Below, in pieces: positions 1 to 7,153 of a stretch of DNA of 61,956 nucleotides (position 1 is the first letter of the stretch; each line of letters starts with the position of its first letter). The position numbers and the translations under genes were made by a program. The notes under the pieces were generated by a model. That model saw only the letters and a list, made by a program, of their open reading frames with translations, was not told the DNA's origin and did not search any database. Origin of the DNA: Deltaproteobacteria bacterium (GTDB lineage Bacteria; Myxococcota; SpSt-1050; JACRCP01); NCBI GenBank assembly GCA_016218965.1, contig JACRCP010000146.1:1-61956 (forward strand), in the 5' to 3' direction.

Positions 1-1
1 G

Positions 2-277
2 CACCTGCCGCCGGAAGCTGCCCTCGCCCTCAACCTCAACCACTCCGACTATGTGGAGATCGTCTGCGGCACCCTCGACGGCCTGCCCGCCGCCTTCGCC
101 ACTCTCGACGCCGGGCACCGCAGCCTCTCGCTCCCCGCCCGTACCCGCACCACCGCGCCGGCCGCCGAGCCCGTCACCCGCGCGATGACCACCATCGACC
201 GCCGCCTCGTTCGCACCGACGAGATGGCCGCCCGCGTTCAGGCCGCGGCCGACAGCCGCTCCGTCCGGTTCGTGTAG
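2..277 (+). CDS. 3' end of an unidentified CDS entering from the left window edge
   Basis: Frame 2 is open from base 2 to TAG at 275-277 and has a GC3-rich codon pattern. No family is recognisable from the roughly 91 aa (..VEIVCGTLDGLPAAFATLD..). Confidence 0.3.
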   Translation, partial: HLPPEAALALNLNHSDYVEIVCGTLDGLPAAFATLDAGHRSLSLPARTRTTAPAAEPVTRAMTTIDRRLVRTDEMAARVQAAADSRSVRFV

Positions 278-291
278 GCGGGGCGGTCGCA

Positions 292-357
292 GACCGGGCG
301 GCCGCGGATCGGGCGGACCGGATCGGGCGGACCGGATCGGGCGGACCGGATCGGGCT
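292..357. repeat. 14-bp tandem repeat (ggatcgggcggacc), 3 full copies at 306-347 plus degenerate flanking copies
   Basis: Direct reading: ggatcgggcggacc at 306, 320 and 334, partial at 348, with a related agaccgggcggccgc before it. Lies about 15 nt downstream of the stop of the partial CDS. Confidence 0.85.
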
Positions 358-423
358 TGACACCGGCCGCCAACCGAGCCCATACTCCATCATCGGGAAG
401 CTGGATTTGGAGTCCGGCAACCG

Positions 424-1083
424 TTGTTTGACGCCGTAGACCGACAGCATGGAGAGGTTGCCAGCGCCGTGAAGCTCAACTGGGTCGAAACGCTCGTCAT
501 GAACAACCCCGTCAGGGCCGGCCTGCAGCGCCGCCGCGAGGGGCCGGGACTGCGCGGCCTCGCGCCGGGGCCCACCGAGGGCGCGGCGACGCTCGTGGTG
601 GGCTGCGGGCGGGGAGTGGACGTCGAGATCGCGTTCGAGCTGTTCAAGGCGTCGACGGTGACGGCGATCGACCTGGACGAGCGGCAGGTCGAGCGCGCGA
701 GGAGGCGCCTCGGAAGCCGCTATGGCAGTGCGCTTGAGCTGATCGCCTGTGACGCCGCCGAGCTGCCGTTCGAGAGCGGCCGCTTTGGCCTGGTCCTGGA
801 CTTCGGGATCATCCACCACATCCCCGAGTGGAAGAAGGCCGTCGCCCAGATTTCGCGGGTCCTCACGCCGGGCGGGCAGTTCCTGTTCGAGGAGATCCCC
901 AAGTCCGAGCTCGACACGTGGGTCTACCGGTTCTTCACCGATCACCCCCGCGAGGACAGGTTCAACGCCCCCGATTTCGCGCAGGCGTGCACCGAGGCGG
1001 GCCTCGACCTCGGCGGCCGGATCGAACCGTTCCGCATCCTCGTGTTCAATGCTTTCCGCGGCGCGGCGGTGAAACCCGAATAG
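424..1083 (+). CDS. Class I SAM-dependent methyltransferase (Methyltransf_11/25-like)
   Basis: Motif I VVGCGRGVD, then DLDERQVERARRRL, acidic loop LDFGIIHH and post-motif LTPGGQFLFEE. TTG start at 424; start uncertain. Confidence 0.75.
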   Translation: MFDAVDRQHGEVASAVKLNWVETLVMNNPVRAGLQRRREGPGLRGLAPGPTEGAATLVVGCGRGVDVEIAFELFKASTVTAIDLDERQVERARRRLGSRYGSALELIACDAAELPFESGRFGLVLDFGIIHHIPEWKKAVAQISRVLTPGGQFLFEEIPKSELDTWVYRFFTDHPREDRFNAPDFAQACTEAGLDLGGRIEPFRILVFNAFRGAAVKPE

Positions 1084-1217
1084 CAGTCGATAGGAAACTT
1101 CATCGCGGTTTTCCGCCTGCGTCTGATACTGGTGCGTTATGTTCAACCTGTGGGCAAACAATACACCATCAGGGCGGCGGGGCGCAGGCAAGTGGTTGAT
1201 CGCGTTTTCGGCCCTTT

Positions 1218-1946
1218 TCAGCCCAACCCGCTGGCGGCAGACGAGTCGATGAACATCCGGCACGCGGGGTGGAGCTGGAGGACGGAAGCGGGGACGGCGG
1301 GGGTCACGGGGCCTTTGACCGCGCGTTTGATGGCCTCGGCCTTCTCCTTGCTCCCGGCAAGCAGGATGATCTCCCTGGCCTTCATGATCGTCCCCATCCC
1401 CATCGTGATCGCCCGGCGGGGGACCTTTGACACCGATCCGAAAAACCTGGCGTTGGCCCTGCGCGTCCGCGCCGAGAGCGTCTCGACGTGCGTCTCGGCT
1501 TGGAGCGCGTGCGACGGTTCGTTGAAACCTATGTGCCCGTTTTGGCCGATCCCCAGGACAAAGAGGTCTATGGGCCCGCGCCGTTCAATGAGTTTTTCGT
1601 ACCTCCGGCACTCCGCGGCAAGGTCGCGCGCCCGTCCGTCCGGGATGAACACCCGGTCGCGCCGGAGGTTCACGTGGTCTGTGAAGTTCGTGCGCATGAA
1701 AAAGTCGTACGACTGCGGGTCGTCGGGCGGGAGGCCCACGTACTCGTCGAGGTTGAATGTCGCCACACGCGAAAAACCGAGGTTCGTCTCGCGGCGCATC
1801 CTGACGAGCTCGCGGTACATCCCCAAAGGCGTGCTCCCGGTCGGCAGTCCCAGCACCGTGTCGGGCTTCACGATGACGTGCGCCGCCACCAGAAGCGCCG
1901 CCCGCTGGCTCATCTCGTCGTAACTTCGAGTGACAGTGATGAACAT
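1218..1946 (-). CDS. nagB: Glucosamine-6-phosphate deaminase
   Basis: MFITVTRSYDEMS..LGLPTGSTPLGMY..FNLDEYVGL..LGIGQNGHIGFNEP..ANARFF..AITMGMGTI are typical NagB motifs. Start placed at ATG 1946; the longer ORF to 2135 adds a Gly/Arg-rich non-homologous extension. Confidence 0.9.
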   Translation of the reverse strand: MFITVTRSYDEMSQRAALLVAAHVIVKPDTVLGLPTGSTPLGMYRELVRMRRETNLGFSRVATFNLDEYVGLPPDDPQSYDFFMRTNFTDHVNLRRDRVFIPDGRARDLAAECRRYEKLIERRGPIDLFVLGIGQNGHIGFNEPSHALQAETHVETLSARTRRANARFFGSVSKVPRRAITMGMGTIMKAREIILLAGSKEKAEAIKRAVKGPVTPAVPASVLQLHPACRMFIDSSAASGLG

Positions 1947-2075
1947 CCCTCGGTCTCCAGTCCACAGTCGCCAGCCTTCAGCCCAACGGGCGGACTCCGC
2001 TCCGCTTCGGCCGCCCCTGCCGTACTGGCCTCTGTCCGTCGACCACTTCCAGCCTCTGCTGCTCTCCCCTCCTGA

Positions 2076-2112
2076 ACTCGCCGGCTCCGGCGGGAAAAGC
2101 CCGCCGGGGGCC
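2076..2112. repeat. GC-rich hairpin repeat, copy 1 (actcgccggctccggcggg-aaaag-cccgccgggggcc), terminator-like, just 3' of the DUF721 gene
   Basis: 8-bp stem ccggcggg/cccgccgg. A near-identical 37-nt copy occurs at 5602-5638. Sits 13 nt after the DUF721 stop (minus strand). No U-tract. Confidence 0.6.
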
Positions 2113-2124
2113 TCCGGACACCAT

Positions 2125-2469
2125 CTACCGCCCACCGCCCGCCGCCTGGCTCTCTGGCACCTTCGCGACGAAGACGGACACTGACTTGACCAGCTCGTCC
2201 TTGAGCTCTTCGTTTAGGTTCCTCTTGAGCGCCTCGGACATGAGCTGAAGCTCGTTGGCCCACACGCTGTGCACCGCCGCGATCCGAATCTCGCCGTCCT
2301 CGAACCAAACGGGCGCCGCCGCCTCGGCGACTTTCTTCCCGACGACCTTCCGCCACACGTTTTGCACCCGGCCGAGCGAAAGCCCCGCCGCCATCCGCCG
2401 CGACCCGAACATCCGCGCCATGTCCGACGCCACGGGCACCACCGCCGACTGCCTGTCCCGCCTGCCCAT
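2125..2469 (-). CDS. DUF721 (DciA-like) domain protein
   Basis: ..LSLGRVQNVWRKVVGKKVAEAAAPVWFEDGEIRIAAVHSVWANELQLMSEALKRNLNEEL.. matches the DUF721 pattern (W..IVG..IA....P..L..G.L.V.V.S..WA.EL). Start taken at ATG 2469. Confidence 0.65.
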   Translation of the reverse strand: MGRRDRQSAVVPVASDMARMFGSRRMAAGLSLGRVQNVWRKVVGKKVAEAAAPVWFEDGEIRIAAVHSVWANELQLMSEALKRNLNEELKDELVKSVSVFVAKVPESQAAGGGR

Positions 2470-2592
2470 GCGACATTTACTACCACACTCCGGACGGCGA
2501 GGAAACACAGCGACCGGTTTGCACTTGCCATTCGGAGTACGTTCATGGCCGACACCCAGAGCCCGGCACGTACTCCGAATCCCAGAGTTTGC

Positions 2593-2610
2593 ACGTTTTG
2601 AACGTTTTGA
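2593..2610. repeat. AT-rich 9-bp tandem duplication (acgttttga x2) in the DUF721/parA divergent intergenic region
   Basis: Direct reading. Followed by TTGACT-N17-TGGAAT, a weak sigma-70-like promoter upstream of parA. Confidence 0.6.
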
Positions 2611-2670
2611 CTTGCCGCACTAGTCTGCGTGGAATAGTATCCGCCCGGACCCGGCGGAACGGAGAGACAC

Positions 2671-3435
2671 TTGGGCAGGATCATCGCCATTACCAACCAG
2701 AAGGGCGGCGTGGGGAAGACCACGACGGCGGTGAACCTTGCCGCGAGCCTGGCGGTCGCCGAAAAGAAGGTCCTCCTGGTCGACATGGACCCGCAGGGAA
2801 ACGCCACCCAAAGCGTGGGCGTCGAGCGCAACGGTCTCCCGTGGACCGTCTACGACCTCCTCCTGGGCGTCGAGCCGACGGATGACGTGCTGAAACCCAC
2901 CGCGCTCGATTTCCTTCGTTGCGCCCCCTCGACCCGCGACCTCGTAGGCGTCGAGGTTGAGATCGTCTCTGAGGCGGACCGGGCGACGCGTCTTCGGAGC
3001 GGCCTTGGTCCGCTGGCGGCACGTTTTGACTTCGTGATTGTGGACGCGCCGCCCTCGCTTGGCCTGCTCACTCTCAACTGCCTCGCCGCCGCCGACGCGA
3101 TTATCATTCCCCTGCAGTGCGAGTACTTCGCCATGGAAGGGCTCGGCGCCCTCACCTCGACCGCGGATCTTGTCAAGAAGTCGTACAACCCCCGGCTCGA
3201 GACCGAGGGCATCCTGCTCACGATGTTCGACCCGCGCAACAACCTGTCGCACCAGGTGGCCAAGGAGGTCCGGGACTTCTTCGGCAGCAAGGTCTTCAGA
3301 ACCATCATCCCCCGGAACGTCAGGCTCGGCGAGGCGCCCTCGTTCGGAAAGCCCGTGATCCTCTACGACGCCGCGTGCCCCGGGGCGCACGCGTACCTCG
3401 CGCTCGCCAAGGAACTGCTGGCCCGGCACAGGTGA
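2671..3435 (+). CDS. parA: ParA/Soj family chromosome-partitioning ATPase
   Basis: Deviant Walker A IAITNQKGGVGKTTTAVNLAASLA, then LLVDMDPQGNAT and IVDAPPSLGLLTLN. TTG start at 2671 preceded by GGAGAG. Confidence 0.92.
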   Translation: MGRIIAITNQKGGVGKTTTAVNLAASLAVAEKKVLLVDMDPQGNATQSVGVERNGLPWTVYDLLLGVEPTDDVLKPTALDFLRCAPSTRDLVGVEVEIVSEADRATRLRSGLGPLAARFDFVIVDAPPSLGLLTLNCLAAADAIIIPLQCEYFAMEGLGALTSTADLVKKSYNPRLETEGILLTMFDPRNNLSHQVAKEVRDFFGSKVFRTIIPRNVRLGEAPSFGKPVILYDAACPGAHAYLALAKELLARHR

Positions 3436-3463
3436 CGGAGTCGCCAACCCGACAGGAACCAAA

Positions 3464-3530
3464 CCGCAGAGAACGCAGAGGACGCGGAGGAAGACCCGCA
3501 CCTTTCAACCACAGAGGGCACAGTGATCAC
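3464..3530. repeat. 9-bp-period CGCAGAG/CACAGAG repeat cluster downstream of parA
   Basis: cgcagagaa-cgcagagga-cgcggagga (3465-3491) and cacagaggg-cacagtgat (3510-3527). Same word family as the 5451-5560 element. Confidence 0.7.
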
Positions 3531-3554
3531 CGGGAAAACCGGAGCACGCACAAG

Positions 3555-4292
3555 ATGTCGAAACGCAGGATATTCATTCCGGAACAGCGCGTCAAAGCGG
3601 GCGAGGTCGAGCTTCTTCGGCCAGAGGCGAAACACCTCGTCACCGTGCTGGGCCTTCGGGACGGCGATCGGGTGGTCGTGTTCGACGGCGAGGGGCGCGA
3701 GTACGACGCCACCTTGCGGAATACCGGCCGCTGCAAGGGGGCGGCGCTCCGGATCGAAGGGCCGGGGCGGAAGGCTGAAGGCGGCGCTCTTGACGTCACC
3801 TTGATCGTCGCGCTCATCAAGAACCGCAACTTTGACCTCGTGGTCCGGAAGGCCGCCGAGCTGGGGGCAGCCAGGCTTGTCCCCGTGGTGACAGAACGCA
3901 CCGTAAAGGAAGCCGGGGCGGGCGTTTCGCGGTGGCGGAAGATCTCGGCCGAGGCATCGAGGCAGTGCGGCCGGGCCGACGTGATGGACGTGGCCGAAGT
4001 CACCCAGTTTGGGAGCGCGATCGCCTCATGCACCGGGTCGCTCAGGCTCATGGCATGGGAAGGTGGCGGTACGACTCTTGCCGAGTCGCTAAGGGCATGG
4101 GCGGGCGGATCGATCTCGATAGCCGTCGGTCCCGAAGGAGGGTTCACACACGGAGAGGTCGCGGCTGCGCGGGCCGCGGGATTCGTGCCCGTGACTCTGG
4201 GTCCCAGAATTCTCCGGACCGAAACGGTGCCCCTTGCCCTGCTGGCAATTATGCAATATGTTTTCGGGGATTTGGGCGGCACAAAGACATGA
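3555..4292 (+). CDS. rsmE: 16S rRNA (uracil1498-N3)-methyltransferase RsmE
   Basis: MSKRRIFIPE..HLVTVLGLRDGDRVVVFDG...GPEGGFTHGEV..LGPRILRTETVPLALLA is the typical RsmE N-terminal PUA-like domain and C-terminal SPOUT knot. ATG at 3555 is in frame with the 3117-4292 ORF. Confidence 0.88.
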   Translation: MSKRRIFIPEQRVKAGEVELLRPEAKHLVTVLGLRDGDRVVVFDGEGREYDATLRNTGRCKGAALRIEGPGRKAEGGALDVTLIVALIKNRNFDLVVRKAAELGAARLVPVVTERTVKEAGAGVSRWRKISAEASRQCGRADVMDVAEVTQFGSAIASCTGSLRLMAWEGGGTTLAESLRAWAGGSISIAVGPEGGFTHGEVAAARAAGFVPVTLGPRILRTETVPLALLAIMQYVFGDLGGTKT

Positions 4293-5419
4293 CGAACATC
4301 TGCCCCAACTGCGGTTTTCCCAACGATCCAGGCGCCACCGTGTGCCGGAAGTGCAGGCACGCGTACAGCGCAAGCGGCGCGGACCACACGACACTGGATA
4401 TCTACGCATCATCGGACGAGCCGCGGCCGCCCGAACCGTCGGTCCCCGCGCCGCTCGGACGCGATGCCATCTCGGGCCAGCCGGGGCAGACGGACACGAA
4501 ACTCGGGTTGGATTTCTCCGACGAGGCGCCCCCCGGCGAAGGTCCGGCGTCGGTTTCGTCGGATCTCAAACGCGAGATCCAACTCGACCGCCGGATCGCA
4601 CGCCCGATGGCCGATCGGAAGGCCGTCGCCGCGGCTGACGCGGCGGAGGCTGTTGCCAGAGCTGTGCCGGGCCCCGGACGCCATCGGGCGCCTTCGATCG
4701 TCGCCATCGAATCCCTCCCCGCCTCGGACCCCGGGAAGTCCGAACCCAGCGAGATGGGCGCCGCCCCGGTTTTTGCGGAGAGCGGGCCCGTCGCCCCGGG
4801 CGGCGGCGCAACCCCGGCCCCCGGCGCCCGCGCAGGCCGATTCACTCCGCTGGAGCGGGCTGGGAGGTCCGGGGGGGAAGTTCGCGTAGCGACCCCCGGG
4901 ATAGCCGTCTCGGCGCCCGGAATCCCGGTGCACGAGTCGTGGATCGAGGACTCCGAGCCCGCCAAGCCGCTGGACCTCACCGCCGCGGGACTGATTCGGA
5001 GGACCACGTCCGCAGCCATTGACGCCATCATCCTTTCGGCCGCGTCGGCTGCGGTAGCCTGGCTTGGGTTCGTTTCGTTCGGGACGACCTCGGCGCTCAC
5101 GGCCGGTCTTTCGGACGCCGCCAGGGCCGCGGATGCGTTGGCGCTCCCGCTCGTCCTCCTTTTTGCCGTGACAGGCGGTTTCTATTCGCTGACATTCCAC
5201 TTCCTTGGCGGCCGGACGATCGGCAAGATGGTGACCGGCACCCGCGTGATAACGACGGCAGGGAAACCGGTCTCGCTCTTCCGGGCGTTCTGGCGCACGG
5301 CGTGTTACCTGGTGACCGGCGTGTCCTTGATGATCGGGTTCCTGTGGATCCTCGTTGACGAGCGCGGGCAATCCCTTCACGACAAGCTCGCGGGGACGTA
5401 CGTGATTATCGACGAATGA
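4289..5419 (+). CDS. Zinc-ribbon + RDD-family membrane protein
   Basis: N-terminal CPNCGFPN..CRKCRH zinc ribbon, a long Pro/Ala/Gly-rich linker, and a C-terminal RDD domain (..GGRTIGKMVTGTRVI..RTACYLV..HDKLAGTYVI). The ATG overlaps the rsmE stop (ATGA). Confidence 0.8.
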   Translation: MTNICPNCGFPNDPGATVCRKCRHAYSASGADHTTLDIYASSDEPRPPEPSVPAPLGRDAISGQPGQTDTKLGLDFSDEAPPGEGPASVSSDLKREIQLDRRIARPMADRKAVAAADAAEAVARAVPGPGRHRAPSIVAIESLPASDPGKSEPSEMGAAPVFAESGPVAPGGGATPAPGARAGRFTPLERAGRSGGEVRVATPGIAVSAPGIPVHESWIEDSEPAKPLDLTAAGLIRRTTSAAIDAIILSAASAAVAWLGFVSFGTTSALTAGLSDAARAADALALPLVLLFAVTGGFYSLTFHFLGGRTIGKMVTGTRVITTAGKPVSLFRAFWRTACYLVTGVSLMIGFLWILVDERGQSLHDKLAGTYVIIDE

Positions 5420-5450
5420 TCCGACGCCGGCACTGGAGCGCCAGCCGGAC

Positions 5451-5560
5451 ATTTTTGCCACAGAGTGCACAGAGTTCACAGAGACAAGATGTCTCGGACT
5501 TCCTGATTCCGCGGAAAAGAAACTCCCTCCGTGCGCTCTGTGCCCTCTGTGGCAAAAAAT
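5451..5560. repeat. Inverted repeat of the CACAGAG element (arms about 24 bp, about 60-nt spacer) between convergent RDD and rarA genes
   Basis: Left arm atttttgccacagagtgcacagag (5451-5474). Right arm ctctgtgccctctgtggcaaaaaat (5536-5560), whose reverse complement is attttttgccacagagggcacagag. Confidence 0.8.
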
Positions 5561-5601
5561 TCGGGTTGTTTTGTTTGGCGCGCTCTGCGCATCCCCGGCC
5601 G

Positions 5602-5638
5602 ACTCGCCGGCTCCGGCGGGGCAAGCCCGCCGGGGGCC
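5602..5638. repeat. GC-rich hairpin repeat, copy 2 (actcgccggctccggcggg-gcaag-cccgccgggggcc), 3' of rarA
   Basis: Matches 2076-2112 at all but 2 positions. Lies about 40 nt after the rarA stop on the minus strand. Confidence 0.6.
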
Positions 5639-5678
5639 ACGCGACCGGCGACGAACGATCTCAGCCCGCCGGGTGCCT

Positions 5679-7004
5679 TTACTTCCCGATCTTCTTCCTC
5701 TCCGCCCACTCCTTCATCCTTTTTTTTATCTCGGCCTCGTGGCCGTGGGCGGTGGGTTCGTAGTACCGGCGGCCGCAGAGCTCGTCGGGCAGGTAGTCCT
5801 CGGGGACGTAGTTTCCCGAAAACTCGTGCGGGTAGCGGTACTCCTTTCCGTACCCCAGCCCTTTCATGAATTTCGTGGGCGCGTTGCGCAGCTTGAGCGG
5901 CACCGCAAGCGGGCCGCGCTCGGTCACGTCGCGGCGCGCCGCGCCGTATGCCTTGATCACGGCGTTGCTTTTGGGCGCCGTCGCGAGGTACGTCGCGCAC
6001 TGGGTCATGGGGAGCACCCCTTCGGGGAGGCCGACGAACTCGAACGACGCCAGAGTTGCCGCGGCGACCTGCACCGCCTGCGGGTCGGCATTCCCGATGT
6101 CTTCCGAGGCGAAGATGATCATTCGCCGCAGTACGAAGAGCGGGTCTTCACCGGCCTCGAGCATCCGGACCATCCAATACACGGCCGCGTCGGGGTCGCT
6201 CCCGCGCATGCTCTTGATGAACGCCGATATGACGTTGTAGTGCTCCTCGCCCGACTTGTCGTAGAGCAGGGCACGGTGCTGGACGGCCTCCTCGACCACC
6301 GAAAGCGTTATCCGCCGTTCCGCTGATGGCTGTTGGCTGATGGCTTTTTCCGCGGCTTCGAGCGTGTTGAGCGCACGGCGGGCGTCGCCAAAGGCCGAGG
6401 CGGCGATGAACTCCAGGGCGTCGTCGTCGAACGAGAGATTCAGGGCGCCAAGCCCCCGCTCCTGGTCGGCGGCCGCCGCGAGCACGATCCGCTTGATTTC
6501 ATCCTCTGAAAGCGGCTTCAAGACCAGCACCTTGCACCGCGAAAGGAGCGCCGAGCTGACTTCGAACGAGGGGTTTTCGGTCGTGGCGCCGATCAGCGTC
6601 ACCGTGCCGCCTTCAACGTGCGGGAGCAGGGCGTCCTGCTGGGCCTTGTTGAACCTGTGGATCTCGTCTATGAAGAATATCGTCGGGCGCTTGAACATTT
6701 GCCGGAGCCTGTCGGCGCCCGAGACCACCTCGCGGATCTCCTTGACGCCACCGAGCACCGCCGAGAACGGGACGAACTCGGCGTTGACCATCCCCGCGAT
6801 GATGCGCGCGAGCGTGGTCTTCCCTGTCCCCGGCGGACCCCAGAAGATCATGGAGGGGAGATCGCCCGATTCGACCGCCCGCGCCAGAAACTTCCCCGGC
6901 CCGACCAGATGCCCCTGCCCCGCAAACTCGCCAAGCGTCCGGGGCCTGACCCGCTCGGCCAGCGGCACGCCCGGCCCCTTGTCCTTTCCGTTCACCCGCC
7001 GCAT
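5679..7004 (-). CDS. rarA: Replication-associated recombination protein A (MgsA/RarA AAA+ ATPase)
   Basis: [20 protein letters not shown], Walker A [34 protein letters not shown], and the C-terminal MgsA domain ([22 protein letters not shown]). ATG 7004 preferred over TTG 7043. Confidence 0.93.
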   Translation of the reverse strand: [441 protein letters not shown]

Positions 7005-7078
7005 CGGCCGGGAGTGTATCACAGCCCAGTCGAGAAGAGGCAACCGGCCGCCGCCTCCGAAGCCTTTCCAAAGCTTCC

Positions 7079-7107
7079 TTGAAATCCGCAGTGCCGGGTG
7101 GTATTTT
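7079..7107 (+). promoter_or_regulatory. Candidate sigma-70 promoter (TTGAAA-N17-TATTTT) for the 7154 gene
   Basis: Hexamers and the 17-nt spacer were read directly. About 45 nt upstream of the GTG start, which has an AAAGGAG RBS. Confidence 0.35.
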
Positions 7108-7153
7108 GCGGCCCGTGGTTGCCGCGCACAACTTCACCTCAAAGGAGTCCCGC

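Noticed and set aside
292-357. Whether any tandem repeats (292, 32204, 39189, 45147, 48631) represent CRISPR arrays.
   Set aside because: The units are only 14 nt, directly abutting with no spacers, and at most about 4 copies. No cas genes in the window.
238-1263. 341-aa ORF antisense to the methyltransferase gene.
   Set aside because: Arg/Pro/Ala/Gly-rich, with no motifs. It is fully antisense to a CDS that has clear SAM-methyltransferase motifs. Typical high-GC shadow ORF.
2470-2670. Looked for a parS palindrome or DnaA boxes near parA and DUF721 (possible origin region).
   Set aside because: No TGTTNCACGTGAAACA-like palindrome or TTATCCACA-like boxes were seen by eye, and dnaA/dnaN/gyrB are absent from the window. 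Not called.
3117-3554. Long N-terminal extensions suggested by the ORF track for rsmE (from 3117), the RDD protein (from 3932), the ThiI-like gene (from 8059), the HAD gene (from 46373) and PqqD (from 57140).
   Set aside because: The extensions overlap upstream genes or repeats, are Arg/Pro-rich and start far upstream of the conserved N-termini. Internal starts with RBSs fit the family alignments better.
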